IMG/VR virus record: IMGVR_UViG_2706796290_000001
Span: 34,171-98,170 of that record
Length of the DNA stretch: 64,000 bases
Origin: a virus
Lineage: Duplodnaviria; Heunggongvirae; Uroviricota; Caudoviricetes
Reading direction: 5' to 3' (one strand)
This document shows positions 39,188-48,446 of the stretch, piece after piece. The position numbers and the translations under genes were made by a program. The notes below the pieces were generated by a model. It worked only from the letters and a program-made list of their open reading frames with translations, made no database searches and had not been told where the DNA came from. Numbering within the stretch: position 1 is the stretch's first letter; every line of letters starts with the position of its first letter.

Positions 39188-39451
39188 ATGAGCCTACCAA
39201 AAATTAAAGTTGGAGATACTGTAAGAGTGACTGATACAGAAGTATTTGCAGATTTTGTTCAGAAGGGTGATATTGCTACCATTGCAGATATTGAGTTTGG
39301 AGATGTTTATGTAGACATCTGGATGGAGAGTGATAAGTGGGGGTGGACACAGTTCGTGCGTATAAGTACTGATGATTTTAGAGGGTGGGGTAACCTATCA
39401 GTAACTTTTCTGCATGATTCTCAAAAACTTGTTGACAAACCTTCCGAATAA
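39188..39451 (+). CDS. Small KOW/SH3-like paralog family member
   Basis: IKVGDTVRVTD ... paralog of the preceding gene. Confidence 0.5.
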   Translation: MSLPKIKVGDTVRVTDTEVFADFVQKGDIATIADIEFGDVYVDIWMESDKWGWTQFVRISTDDFRGWGNLSVTFLHDSQKLVDKPSE

Positions 39452-39495
39452 ACTTAAGATTCAACCATAAGATAAACACTTAGTTTGGAGTTAAA

Positions 39496-40323
39496 ATGTT
39501 AAAAAAGATTGCTTTAGTTGGTGCGTTGGTTGCTTCGGCAATTTCATTCACAGGTTGTACACGAGTTACTGATGCAGAGGTTGGTGTGAAGACTAGCTTC
39601 ACTGGTAAGATTTCTGATGCACCACAGTATCAAGGTTTATACTTCCCTTGGGTATATAGCTTAGATAAATTCTCCACACGTAACCTGATTATTGATGTTT
39701 CTGGTCAGCCTATTGTTGAGAATGTGCAGATGGATGGTATGACCATTCGGGTAAATTACTCAATTAAACCTGAACTTGCACCTGAAATGTGGAAAACCCA
39801 GAAAGCACAACACATGGTTCGTGGAGGTGGTGAGGGTGATGAAAAACGTGAAATATTCCTCATGGGTTTATATGTTGAGACAATCTCTCGTAATGTCATG
39901 ATGGATGTGGTTAAGAACTACAAAGCCTTGGAGGTAAACTCTAAGCGTACAGAGATTGAGCCAATCTTAAAAGCTCAGATTGTGAAGACAATCAATGCCA
40001 ACGGTCGTGGTAAGTATGTTAATATTAATGAGGTGGTTATTATTAATTCACAACCACCGAAATCTGTTATGGATTCCGCTAAGCGTTACTTGACATCACT
40101 GAACGACTTACGTACAAAGCAGAATGAAGTAGAGATTGCTAAGCAAGAATCTGAGCGATTGAAAGCTTTGGCTTCACAGGCAAATGAAACTACTTTAGAC
40201 TACATGCGAGCACAAGCTCAGTTGAATAACTCGGAGGCAATGATGGAAATGGCTCGTAATAAGAGTGTAAATAAGTTGATCATTGCACCAATGAATATCA
40301 CATCTTTAGGTAAGTTAGACTAA
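39496..40323 (+). CDS. SPFH/band-7 domain lipoprotein
   Basis: Signal peptide plus lipobox FTGC. C-terminal Ala/Glu-rich coiled coil typical of SPFH (flotillin/HflK-like). Confidence 0.55.
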   Translation: MLKKIALVGALVASAISFTGCTRVTDAEVGVKTSFTGKISDAPQYQGLYFPWVYSLDKFSTRNLIIDVSGQPIVENVQMDGMTIRVNYSIKPELAPEMWKTQKAQHMVRGGGEGDEKREIFLMGLYVETISRNVMMDVVKNYKALEVNSKRTEIEPILKAQIVKTINANGRGKYVNINEVVIINSQPPKSVMDSAKRYLTSLNDLRTKQNEVEIAKQESERLKALASQANETTLDYMRAQAQLNNSEAMMEMARNKSVNKLIIAPMNITSLGKLD

Positions 40324-40369
40324 CAATTAATAGATTGGAGATATAAAAAACCAGTTAAGGATATCTTAT

Positions 40370-40537
40370 ATGTATGCTTTTATTTGTTGGTTGATCATCT
40401 TTTTATTTTACATTGCAGTATGGTATGTGGTAAAATTATATAAAGATGGAAAAGTTGGAGAGTTCTTTACAATGATGTGTATTACTATGTTACCAATAGT
40501 ACACACTTTGATATGTAAAGCTTTCTTTAATATTTAA
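40370..40537 (+). CDS. Small membrane protein (54 aa), not in ORF track
   Basis: ATG 40370. Translation MYAFICWLIIFLFYIAVWYVV... has two hydrophobic helices. Fills the gap downstream of the SPFH gene. Confidence 0.3.
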   Translation: MYAFICWLIIFLFYIAVWYVVKLYKDGKVGEFFTMMCITMLPIVHTLICKAFFNI

Positions 40538-40551
40538 TTAGGAGAAAATAT

Positions 40552-40902
40552 ATGTCAAAAAATTCACATGTAAATACATTGGAAGTTGTTAATGGTGGTC
40601 AACCTGTAGTTAGTATTCAAGATTTGAACACTGCACGTAAAAACAAGTTGTTCCATGATGGTTTACAACGTGTATATGAAAAGATGTACCGTAGTGGTTT
40701 TATGAAAGATACCACACCAAAACAACAAAAGATGATTGAGGAAGAACCAATCATGATGTTATCTCGTGAGTTATATCCATCCAGACAAGCGTACCGCCAT
40801 GCATTACGTAGCTGGGCTAAGCAGAAAGAGCGCTTTGCTAAAGCTGATTCTCGTGGATTGCTTCCAGAGCACTTAAAGGTTCACTTAACTGGACTTGCAT
40901 AA
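40552..40902 (+). CDS. Hypothetical protein
   Basis: 116 aa with RBS AGGAG. Confidence 0.4.
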   Translation: MSKNSHVNTLEVVNGGQPVVSIQDLNTARKNKLFHDGLQRVYEKMYRSGFMKDTTPKQQKMIEEEPIMMLSRELYPSRQAYRHALRSWAKQKERFAKADSRGLLPEHLKVHLTGLA

Positions 40903-40907
40903 AGTTT

Positions 40908-40930
40908 GCCCCTTTCAGGGGCTTTCTTAT
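40908..40930 (+). terminator. Rho-independent terminator
   Basis: GCCCCTTTCAGGGGC followed by TTTCTTATT. Confidence 0.55.
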
Positions 40931-40942
40931 TAGGAGATTCTT

Positions 40943-41149
40943 ATGGATAAATTCAAGGTTAGTGATCGTATTAAAGTTGTTGCTACATCAGACCAACAAC
41001 TAGAGATAGGGATAATTGGAGTTGACCTTAAAGGTAAGGTTGGAATAGTTATCGATCTGTATTGTGATGGTGGTGGGATGACAGCAGATTTTCATAAATA
41101 TGGTCGATGGTCTATGCCAAGTGATTACGTTGACAGGGTAGTAGGATGA
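40943..41149 (+). CDS. Small KOW-like paralog (LKGKVG subgroup)
   Basis: KVSDRIKVV ... LKGKVGIVIDL. Confidence 0.45.
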   Translation: MDKFKVSDRIKVVATSDQQLEIGIIGVDLKGKVGIVIDLYCDGGGMTADFHKYGRWSMPSDYVDRVVG

Positions 41150-41358
41150 GTACAAATACACAAAACATTAAAATGGGGGATAAAGTTAAGGTTATCTCAA
41201 CTGAACGTCAACTTTCTGAGATCGGTGCATCTGGAGATAACCTCAAAGGAAAGATTGGTGTGGTAACGAGCATCTTTCGTTATGGTTTTGCTGTTGATTT
41301 TGATAAAAATGGATGTTGGTGTTTGAGATTTGAGGATGTTCATAAAGTGGTTGAGTGA
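41146..41358 (+). CDS. Small KOW-like paralog (LKGKIG subgroup)
   Basis: KMGDKVKVIS ... LKGKIGVVTSI. Confidence 0.45.
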   Translation: MSTNTQNIKMGDKVKVISTERQLSEIGASGDNLKGKIGVVTSIFRYGFAVDFDKNGCWCLRFEDVHKVVE

Positions 41359-41444
41359 TTGTTGTGAAATTGTAAATTAATTTGACAATAATAACTTTTG
41401 ATGATATACATAAAGAACTATTAAACTTTTAAGAGGAATATTTT

Positions 41445-41876
41445 ATGGATCATCAAGAAAAATTTGATCAAAATCAACCAGAAACTTCAAAACACAAGGG
41501 AACACCTTGGTTAGATTGGCTTCGTGGTACTATTGGCACCCTGTTAATTGTTATTGCAGTAGGTGCTTTTGTTGCGAATAATCAACAACAACAATCGCAC
41601 TCTATTGTAACTGCTATTCAAGCTTTGAACAAGGATAAAATTCGAGAAACATACTCTTCAAGTAATTATAATATTGCCATGACATGTGGCATGGATGGTA
41701 ACTACCAGACTGCTTCTAATGTTTTAGAGCTAAGTGATGTCAAAGTTAAAACCCTTAGCAGTATTGTGCTGTACGACACTGGTATTGTAATGGCAAACTT
41801 TAGTGACAACACAAAGTTTATCACAGATATTAAAAACTGCACAATCAATGTTCAGAAGCTAACCAAGGAGTCGTAA
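41445..41876 (+). CDS. Membrane-anchored protein (1 TM)
   Basis: TM segment GTIGTLLIVIAVGAFVA. Confidence 0.4.
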   Translation: MDHQEKFDQNQPETSKHKGTPWLDWLRGTIGTLLIVIAVGAFVANNQQQQSHSIVTAIQALNKDKIRETYSSSNYNIAMTCGMDGNYQTASNVLELSDVKVKTLSSIVLYDTGIVMANFSDNTKFITDIKNCTINVQKLTKES

Positions 41877-42027
41877 TATGAGGGAAATTTCTAAAGAGTA
41901 TATCAAAAGAAAAGTTAAAGATTGGTATAACCTAGCAGCAACACATCCAAGGATTACCTATGCGATATTCTTGGTGGTTGTTTTTTCTTTAATACTTTTA
42001 AATACTGAATAGTAATAGGAGGTTTGG

Positions 42028-42594
42028 GTGTCTATTAAAGGGACTGGTGACTATATTCGTGTGACTGTTTCTCAAGAGGCAAAAGCTGCACTTGCTCGGA
42101 AGTTATTGCCTTTAGAGAATGTCAAAGATAAATATAGTGCATCAGCACAAACACAGCTAGGTTTTCCTTTTGGGGGTAACCTAGGGATTCCTTACACCTT
42201 AGAAACAATGAAGAGGCGCTATGTAGATTTCCTTGGTGAAAATGAGATTAAAATTCTTAGGTACATGATGCGGATATCTTTATCCTCAATTAAATATGGG
42301 ATGTATACCAAGCAAGATTACGCTATGGTGAACTTCACAAGCTCAATTGTATCACCTTATCTTTGGGATGTGTTTAAGGAGTGGCTAATCTCATGTGGAT
42401 TTACTGTACGAGAGGATATTCGAGAGACAGTACTAATCCAAGATTCTTACAATCAAGGGTCTGGAAGGTTTAAACTAATGTACGGTGCAAAAATCTTTTG
42501 GTCAAAAAAATCTGAAGAAAATGTTGACTTGTTAACTAAGATGGGTGTAGGATTGGGTATCAAAAATGGTTATGACCTAGAGGAAATCTTATGA
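42028..42594 (+). CDS. Hypothetical protein
   Basis: GTG start after GGAGG. 188 aa. Confidence 0.4.
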   Translation: MSIKGTGDYIRVTVSQEAKAALARKLLPLENVKDKYSASAQTQLGFPFGGNLGIPYTLETMKRRYVDFLGENEIKILRYMMRISLSSIKYGMYTKQDYAMVNFTSSIVSPYLWDVFKEWLISCGFTVREDIRETVLIQDSYNQGSGRFKLMYGAKIFWSKKSEENVDLLTKMGVGLGIKNGYDLEEIL

Positions 42595-42977
42595 CCGAAA
42601 TAGTTAAACAAGAAGAGAGCACTTCTGAAGACGAAATCATCAAAGTTAAAAAGAGTGTTGTTGTAGAGTACATCCTGAAAGATAGAAATAAATATCTAAG
42701 AGCACAACAATCACGCTATAAAAACATGAGATTGATTGATGGAATTCATATGAGATTTCTATTTATATATGGTGCTTTGTCGATTTTACTTGTGTTATCA
42801 TTACTGTGGACAATTGTTCGAATCATACTATTAAAAGAATTCTACGATGTTTTACTAGGAGCTTTTGATGTAATACTACTATTCATCTTTGTTATGCGTG
42901 TTGATGATGCACTACACTGGTGGGATGAAGAAGAGGAAAGAACAGGAGGTTATCTTGCCGACACAGAAACAGACTGA
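42591..42977 (+). CDS. Membrane protein (2 TM)
   Basis: Two hydrophobic helices. Confidence 0.4.
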   Translation: MTEIVKQEESTSEDEIIKVKKSVVVEYILKDRNKYLRAQQSRYKNMRLIDGIHMRFLFIYGALSILLVLSLLWTIVRIILLKEFYDVLLGAFDVILLFIFVMRVDDALHWWDEEEERTGGYLADTETD

Positions 42978-42993
42978 TTCACTATACGTTGAA

Positions 42994-43425
42994 ATGCTAG
43001 AACCCCTGAAGAAACGCTCTCATGGGGTTAGAGCTAAAGTTGGAGCAATCTTGGTGACCCAACAAGGTAACCTTCTGGTTGGAATTAATGGGCTACCTAA
43101 ACAGCTTGGAAACAAGTTGGAGATTGAAGAGGTAGTTTTAGAGAGTGTATTTGGACAGCCACCTAGATGGGTTCTCACAGGTGAGTTAATAACTAAACCT
43201 ACAGTTATTCATGCAGAGATGAATTGTATTTTAAAGGCTGCTAGAGAAGGAGTTAGCACAGTTAATTCTACTGTCTATGTAACGCTATCACCATGTGCTC
43301 ATTGTGCCTCTATGCTTGTTTCTGCTGGTGTAAAGCGGTTGGTTTATGTTGAGGATTATCGTGATCCTTCAGGGCTGGATGTTTTGAGGCGTTGTGATAT
43401 AGAAGTTGTTAAATATAAGGAGTAA
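42994..43425 (+). CDS. dCMP (deoxycytidylate) deaminase
   Basis: Zinc motifs HAEMNCI and SPCAHCA. N-terminal KVGAILV as in T4 Cd. Start is uncertain (ATG 42994 versus upstream TTG 42889, which overlaps the previous gene). Confidence 0.65.
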   Translation: MLEPLKKRSHGVRAKVGAILVTQQGNLLVGINGLPKQLGNKLEIEEVVLESVFGQPPRWVLTGELITKPTVIHAEMNCILKAAREGVSTVNSTVYVTLSPCAHCASMLVSAGVKRLVYVEDYRDPSGLDVLRRCDIEVVKYKE

Positions 43426-43430
43426 TTTCT

Positions 43431-43754
43431 TTGGATATGTTGGAAGTTTATTTAAAAAAGAGAATGTTGGGTTGTGCTTTTAAAGGTATTATCCATCAAG
43501 GTCCTGACAAGGATAAGTTTAAAGATTCTGAATTTCTACTTACAAGAATTTCAAATCGCTATGTTTGGGGGCACCCTGTAGGATATCCAAAGAAGAGATT
43601 CTGCTTTAAATTGTCCGAAGTTAGATTTTACTTTGATGATCAACAGTCTGAACCACATCAATCATTCATGTGTAAGCTGATGGATGCCTTATGTGATGTT
43701 GAAGATGACATCCAAAGTGGTTATATTAAGTATTTAATAACAGACCAAAATTGA
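43431..43754 (+). CDS. Hypothetical protein
   Basis: 107 aa. Confidence 0.4.
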   Translation: MDMLEVYLKKRMLGCAFKGIIHQGPDKDKFKDSEFLLTRISNRYVWGHPVGYPKKRFCFKLSEVRFYFDDQQSEPHQSFMCKLMDALCDVEDDIQSGYIKYLITDQN

Positions 43755-43774
43755 GCTTGAAAATTTAAATCAAA

Positions 43775-43807
43775 CCCCTAGTGCTTGACATTAGGGGTAT
43801 TTTTTTG
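43775..43807 (+). terminator. Rho-independent terminator
   Basis: CCCCTA...TAGGGG hairpin followed by TATTTTTTTG. Confidence 0.55.
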
Positions 43808-43848
43808 TTAAAATTAAATTTAATAGATAACCAAAAGGTTAATTTTTT

Positions 43849-44289
43849 ATGACAACTTTTGTATATGTTGAAATGTCTGAGGGGTCAAAATCCCCAGTGG
43901 GTAAGCTTCATGAGGTAGATACCTCAATGATCTGTATTCATAAAGATACTCTTTTTAAAGGTTTTCCAGAAGTCAACTTCGACATGTTGATGGAAACATT
44001 GAAAGAACACCTCAATGAATTCGAAGAGTCAACTTTCTTAAAAAACTGGCAAGGTGTTGGTTATATGAAAAATATACCACAACATCAATTTGCACTAAGA
44101 ATGATTGAGAAGTATAAACTGTTCTCAGCCCTTGATGAAATGGAACTTGAAGATATTGAATATGATGAATACACTGATAGTGTTGTTCAAAGTATACTCG
44201 CACTGTTAGATGATTTATTCAATTATGGGGATACCATCGAGGTGATTAAGATTATTTATGCTGGTGAAGTTAATAACTTGTTTGGATGA
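43849..44289 (+). CDS. Hypothetical acidic protein
   Basis: 146 aa. Confidence 0.4.
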   Translation: MTTFVYVEMSEGSKSPVGKLHEVDTSMICIHKDTLFKGFPEVNFDMLMETLKEHLNEFEESTFLKNWQGVGYMKNIPQHQFALRMIEKYKLFSALDEMELEDIEYDEYTDSVVQSILALLDDLFNYGDTIEVIKIIYAGEVNNLFG

Positions 44290-44399
44290 GGGTTTTTAAA
44301 TGAAAGAGAAATGGACTGTTGTTGCTGCTATAGCTTGTAGCATATTAATCCTGTACTTCTGTGCACTATCTCAAAATAAAGCTAAATAGGCTCAGTGTG

Positions 44400-44573
44400 A
44401 TGGAGAAACGCGATTTTATGCAAGTGGTGGGAGAATTTATGCTTGTGACAACTACAAAAAGCATGAAGCTCAACAACAGGAAACACAGGAATGGACAAAC
44501 AACTAGTTTTGAACTATTTAAGGACCTACAGTTTTTCTTACATACGACCTATGTACAGATCCCTACAGGTTAG
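44400..44573 (+). CDS. Hypothetical small protein (overlaps the next ORF by about 80 nt out of frame)
   Basis: ATG 44400 within tracked ORF 44361..44573. Confidence 0.25.
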   Translation: MEKRDFMQVVGEFMLVTTTKSMKLNNRKHRNGQTTSFELFKDLQFFLHTTYVQIPTG

Positions 44574-44694
44574 ATCTAAAGGTATGTCTTTAAACAAATT
44601 TAGGAAGTTTTTAAAAGGTATGGAAAAGGAAGGATTAATTGAAGAGGTTAAGATACTTCCTTACCATGACTTTCCTTGCTGGAGATTGAAATGA
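44491..44694 (+). CDS. Hypothetical small basic protein
   Basis: 67 aa, K/R-rich. Confidence 0.3.
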   Translation: MDKQLVLNYLRTYSFSYIRPMYRSLQVRSKGMSLNKFRKFLKGMEKEGLIEEVKILPYHDFPCWRLK

Positions 44695-44915
44695 CATTTT
44701 TTAATGAAGAGCGTATTGGTGGAAAAGATGAGGTAGAGTTGGGAACTAGGGTAATATCAAGTCTCAATGTGCACAGTTTCAATAAAATCACCTACGAGTT
44801 TTCCTTCTTGATTTTTGGTGAGGATTTTGATAAAACTATCTACACACGCTTTGATATGGATTTCAATATTGAAGACCATGAAGAATTTATCTGGAGAGAT
44901 GAAGATGGGGATTAA
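44676..44915 (+). CDS. Hypothetical protein
   Basis: 79 aa. Confidence 0.35.
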   Translation: MLEIEMTFFNEERIGGKDEVELGTRVISSLNVHSFNKITYEFSFLIFGEDFDKTIYTRFDMDFNIEDHEEFIWRDEDGD

Positions 44916-45078
44916 AAAATCTAGAGAAAAATTTGAAGAAGCCTTCAAAGAAGTGTGGTCCAGAAGGAATGTGGAATTCCAACGATTAGTTTGGTTGGAG
45001 GAAGAACAGCGATATGACCGTGATCACCCACAAATCATGTGGGAGTTGTGGCAGATACAAGAATCCCTAGGAGATTAA
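44899..45078 (+). CDS. Hypothetical protein
   Basis: ATG 44899 in frame with tracked ORF 44815..45078. Confidence 0.35.
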   Translation: MKMGIKKSREKFEEAFKEVWSRRNVEFQRLVWLEEEQRYDRDHPQIMWELWQIQESLGD

Positions 45079-45079
45079 T

Positions 45080-45286
45080 ATGAGTGAATTCAATAAGGGT
45101 GACCGTGTAGTTATTGAATTCTCACCTGTATGGAATGTACTATTTAATCCAAAGAAAGTTTTTAGTGGGAATATTGGTAAGATAAAAGATAAATTTGAAT
45201 ATGCAGGTTGTTTATTTTACAGGGTTTATAATCCAGAATGGGAGTTTGATGTTAATGTCAAAGCTTCTTTGTTAACTAAATTTTAA
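45080..45286 (+). CDS. Small KOW-like paralog family member (YNPEW)
   Basis: NKGDRVVIE ... GNIGKIKD ... YNPEW. Confidence 0.5.
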   Translation: MSEFNKGDRVVIEFSPVWNVLFNPKKVFSGNIGKIKDKFEYAGCLFYRVYNPEWEFDVNVKASLLTKF

Positions 45287-45295
45287 AGGTATACC

Positions 45296-45682
45296 ATGAA
45301 ACAAATTATTTTCCTAGATGATGAAAGAGTAATCCAAGATGTAACTTGGTTAGATTATTCTAAAATGGATAACTCTAAGTGGTCTGGTGCTTATGTCATC
45401 TCCCAAAGTTCAGCTTCTCGTTTAATCTCATACATTAAACATTATGGGAAATACTTTGACTGGGAAAATACTTTGTTTTCCTTAGACCATGACCTTCAGG
45501 ATTTTGATGGGGAGGAAGAGTCTACAGGTTATACTTTCATTAAATGGTTGGTTGACTTTATGGTTAAGAACGAAATTTCCCTCCAACATCTCCATGTAGT
45601 TGTGCACTCACAAAATCCTGTTGGTAAAGAAAACATTGAAAAATATATCAGTAATGCTAAACTACACTATTTAGAATTCTAG
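45296..45682 (+). CDS. Hypothetical protein
   Basis: 128 aa. Confidence 0.4.
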   Translation: MKQIIFLDDERVIQDVTWLDYSKMDNSKWSGAYVISQSSASRLISYIKHYGKYFDWENTLFSLDHDLQDFDGEEESTGYTFIKWLVDFMVKNEISLQHLHVVVHSQNPVGKENIEKYISNAKLHYLEF

Positions 45683-45688
45683 GAGATT

Positions 45689-45907
45689 TTGATGGGATAT
45701 TACAAAGTAGGTGATGTAGTTGAAATTACCAAACTAATAGCTTTAGATGAAGAACTTGGTATAAAAGTTGGGGATATTGCGAAGGTCCAACGAGTAAAAG
45801 ATTATGATGATGGTGATCAATACATTATCTGTTATAATCCAAAATGGAATAGATTAATTGATGGATTAAGGCGAATGGTCCCCCGACAGTTAAAGAAGGT
45901 GAAGTAA
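45689..45907 (+). CDS. Small KOW-like paralog family member
   Basis: KVGDVVEITKL...GIKVGDIAKV...CYNPKW. Confidence 0.55.
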   Translation: MMGYYKVGDVVEITKLIALDEELGIKVGDIAKVQRVKDYDDGDQYIICYNPKWNRLIDGLRRMVPRQLKKVK

Positions 45908-46119
45908 TGGCAGAAGCAATACTAGATGTAAAAAACCTCAAGGCACCAATTGTAGTAGTCCGTTTTACGGTGTTTGGTGATAGGGCAATGTATAAGTTGT
46001 ACTTGAAAAAAGATTTTGGGTATTACTGTGAAGATCAACCTAGTGCTTGGTTTGATAGTAGTCTTGTAGATCACTTAAATGATTGGCAATATCATTCACA
46101 CCAAGAAATTTATTTGTAG
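45907..46119 (+). CDS. Hypothetical protein
   Basis: 70 aa. Confidence 0.35.
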   Translation: MAEAILDVKNLKAPIVVVRFTVFGDRAMYKLYLKKDFGYYCEDQPSAWFDSSLVDHLNDWQYHSHQEIYL

Positions 46120-46127
46120 GAGTTATT

Positions 46128-46349
46128 ATGGCTAAATACAAAGAAGGTGATAAAGTTGTTGTCACAAAGCTTGTTTCTACTGACTATGAAAGAGGTATAC
46201 GTGTTGGACACATAGCTAAGGTTGTCACAGTTCGAGATCTAGATGGAGCTGCCTATTGTCACAACCCCGAATGGGATTATAGAGGGTTACAACGTCAAAA
46301 TAGAACAATGCTATCCTACCAAATTGAAAAATGTGAGGTGCACAAGTGA
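46128..46349 (+). CDS. Small KOW-like paralog family member
   Basis: KEGDKVVVTKL...GIRVGHIAKV...CHNPEW. ATG 46128 after AGGAG. Confidence 0.55.
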   Translation: MAKYKEGDKVVVTKLVSTDYERGIRVGHIAKVVTVRDLDGAAYCHNPEWDYRGLQRQNRTMLSYQIEKCEVHK

Positions 46350-46573
46350 ATGTGGATTTTAATCAAGATACAGGTAAAGGTTTAACGATTGGGGAAATTC
46401 GTTCTCGTGCACAAAAATATGCTACACATTATGAAATTCAAGGAAATGAGGTGGTATACTACGCTAAGGATCAAATAGGTCGTTGGTGCTATGTTGATGA
46501 TGAAAGTGGTGGAGGTTGGCCTACACATTCTTGTGAATGGGATCGTCTGGATAATGAACTGAAGCCACTTTAA
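46346..46573 (+). CDS. Hypothetical protein
   Basis: 75 aa. Confidence 0.35.
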   Translation: MNVDFNQDTGKGLTIGEIRSRAQKYATHYEIQGNEVVYYAKDQIGRWCYVDDESGGGWPTHSCEWDRLDNELKPL

Positions 46574-46601
46574 TGTGGTTTTACTTTTTGGAGATTGTGT
46601 G

Positions 46602-46790
46602 ATGTTTAAAGTAGGTGATAAAGTAGAGGTGATAGAGGTTTTAGCTGCCGATGAGGAAGCTAATATCAAGGTTGGTGATGTAGCAAAAGTCACTGTGGTG
46701 AGAGGTCCTTTTTGGATTCAATGTGAAAATCCTGAATGGGTAGACGGTTTCATGCCTATGAGAGAATACCAAATCAAGAAGGTAGGATAG
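46602..46790 (+). CDS. Small KOW-like paralog family member
   Basis: FKVGDKVEVIEVL...IKVGDVAKV...CENPEW. Confidence 0.55.
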   Translation: MFKVGDKVEVIEVLAADEEANIKVGDVAKVTVVRGPFWIQCENPEWVDGFMPMREYQIKKVG

Positions 46791-46793
46791 TTA

Positions 46794-46987
46794 TGCGATA
46801 TAATATTGGTGATAAAGTAGTTATCACAAGAGTTTCAGTAACAGATACTAGATTTGGGGTGAAGGTTGGAGATGTAGCCAAGGTAGTTGAACAAGATCAC
46901 TGGGATCGAAATTGGTACTATTGTAGAAACCCTGATTGGAAACAAGATATAGTCAATATGAAAAATGACCAACTTAAAAAACTCTGA
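46794..46987 (+). CDS. Small KOW-like paralog family member
   Basis: NIGDKVVITRV...GVKVGDVAKV...CRNPDW. Confidence 0.55.
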
Positions 46988-47005
46988 AAATAATTTTAAA
47001 AAGTT

Positions 47006-47034
47006 GTTGACAGGAAAATTAAAACCCACTAACA
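47006..47034 (+). promoter_or_regulatory. Sigma70-like promoter upstream of the MoxR-like cassette
   Basis: AAAAAGTTGTTGACA-N17-TAACAT. Confidence 0.4.
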
Positions 47035-47123
47035 TAAGCCTCATAGAGAACAAGCAAACAAAGTTCTTAATGAAATACTTGAATAAACAGCACATTGGTG
47101 CACAAACTATCTAGGAGATATTA

Positions 47124-48317
47124 ATGGATTTACTTATTGGTCATTCTTACCAGTTAATCAACACTAAAGATCCAGCTTTCATGTTCACAACTGGTTTTAG
47201 TGACCCTAAGACAAATAAAGTCATTAAAGATGCTATTATTAAACCTTACAGCAAAGATGATGATGGTGATGTTTTTGCTTATGCATACTTCCCAGATCGT
47301 CAAGACACTATTATCAATCCAGATCACAATGTGTTGATCATTCGAAGTGAATTTGATTTGTTTAAAGAGGTTGGTGCTGGTGATCAATCTCAACCAGAAG
47401 TGGATGGAATTGAAGAAAGTGAAGTATTCTCTCACAATCTTAAGAAGATGTTCCAAGAGATGGTTGATAAAAACCTAGGCTCTGAAGAGATGCAATCGAA
47501 GATCACTGAAACTATCCGTGAAACTGTGCTTGAGCAAGCTCCACGACCACTTGAAGTGAAGTTTGGTGAGAAGACAACTGTAATTGGTACTGCTCACGTA
47601 ATGCTTGCAGAAGCTTTAAAACGCTTAAATGCAACAAAGAACATCATGTTAGTTGGTCCTGCTGGTTCTGGTAAGACTTACCTTGCAGCACAACTTGCAG
47701 AGTCTTTACAGCTTGACTTCTCATCAATTTCTTGTAGCTCTGGTATGTCTGAATCAGTGATTACTGGTTGGTTGTTACCTGTTGATGGTGGTGCATTTGA
47801 ATACCATGAAAGTGACTTCATTCGAATTTACGAAAATGGTGGTGTGTTCTTGTTTGATGAAATGGATGCTGCTGACCCATCTATCTTATTGATCATCAAC
47901 CAAGCATTAGCAAACGGTAAAATTACTGTTCCACAACGTAAAGGTAATACAGAAGTTAAACGACATAAAGACTTCATTTGTGTTGGCGCATGTAACACAT
48001 TTGGTCGTGGTTCTAACTTAATGTACTCTGGTCGTGAACGATTGGATGAATCAACACTTGACCGTTTCCGTTTAGGTTTGATGGAAATGGATTACGACAA
48101 GCTCCTTGAAGAAAAAGTTGTTGATAAAGCTGTTCGTGAATGGGCTTGGCAAGTACGTGCTCGAATTCAGGAAAGTGGTTTACGCCGAGTGATGTCAACA
48201 CGTTTCATGATCGATGCAACTAAGTTGTTACAAAATACTGATGCAACAATGCAGAAAGTAAAAGATATCTTCTTTGTTGGTTGGTCTGATGACGAGAGAC
48301 GTAAAACTGATTTATAA
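47124..48317 (+). CDS. MoxR-like (AAA_5-type) AAA+ ATPase with about 150-aa N-terminal extension
   Basis: Walker A VGPAGSGKT, Walker B FLFDEMDAA, sensor region ACNTFGRGSN, arginine-finger-like ESTLDRF. Confidence 0.55.
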   Translation: MDLLIGHSYQLINTKDPAFMFTTGFSDPKTNKVIKDAIIKPYSKDDDGDVFAYAYFPDRQDTIINPDHNVLIIRSEFDLFKEVGAGDQSQPEVDGIEESEVFSHNLKKMFQEMVDKNLGSEEMQSKITETIRETVLEQAPRPLEVKFGEKTTVIGTAHVMLAEALKRLNATKNIMLVGPAGSGKTYLAAQLAESLQLDFSSISCSSGMSESVITGWLLPVDGGAFEYHESDFIRIYENGGVFLFDEMDAADPSILLIINQALANGKITVPQRKGNTEVKRHKDFICVGACNTFGRGSNLMYSGRERLDESTLDRFRLGLMEMDYDKLLEEKVVDKAVREWAWQVRARIQESGLRRVMSTRFMIDATKLLQNTDATMQKVKDIFFVGWSDDERRKTDL

Positions 48318-48335
48318 CAAAAACTTCCCAAGAAA

Positions 48336-48368
48336 CCCCTAAAGGAATTCCTTTAGGGGTTTTATTTT
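48336..48368 (+). terminator. Rho-independent terminator (palindrome family)
   Basis: CCCCTAAAGGAATTCCTTTAGGGG followed by TTTTATTTT. Confidence 0.65.
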
Positions 48369-48381
48369 GAATAAATTTTAC

Positions 48382-48410
48382 TTGATTTAAAAATAGAATT
48401 TGTTTAGAAT
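48382..48410 (+). promoter_or_regulatory. Sigma70-like promoter
   Basis: TTGATT-N17-TAGAAT. Confidence 0.4.
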
Positions 48411-48446
48411 CTACTTAGTTATTAAGCTCAATAAGAGGATATCTCA

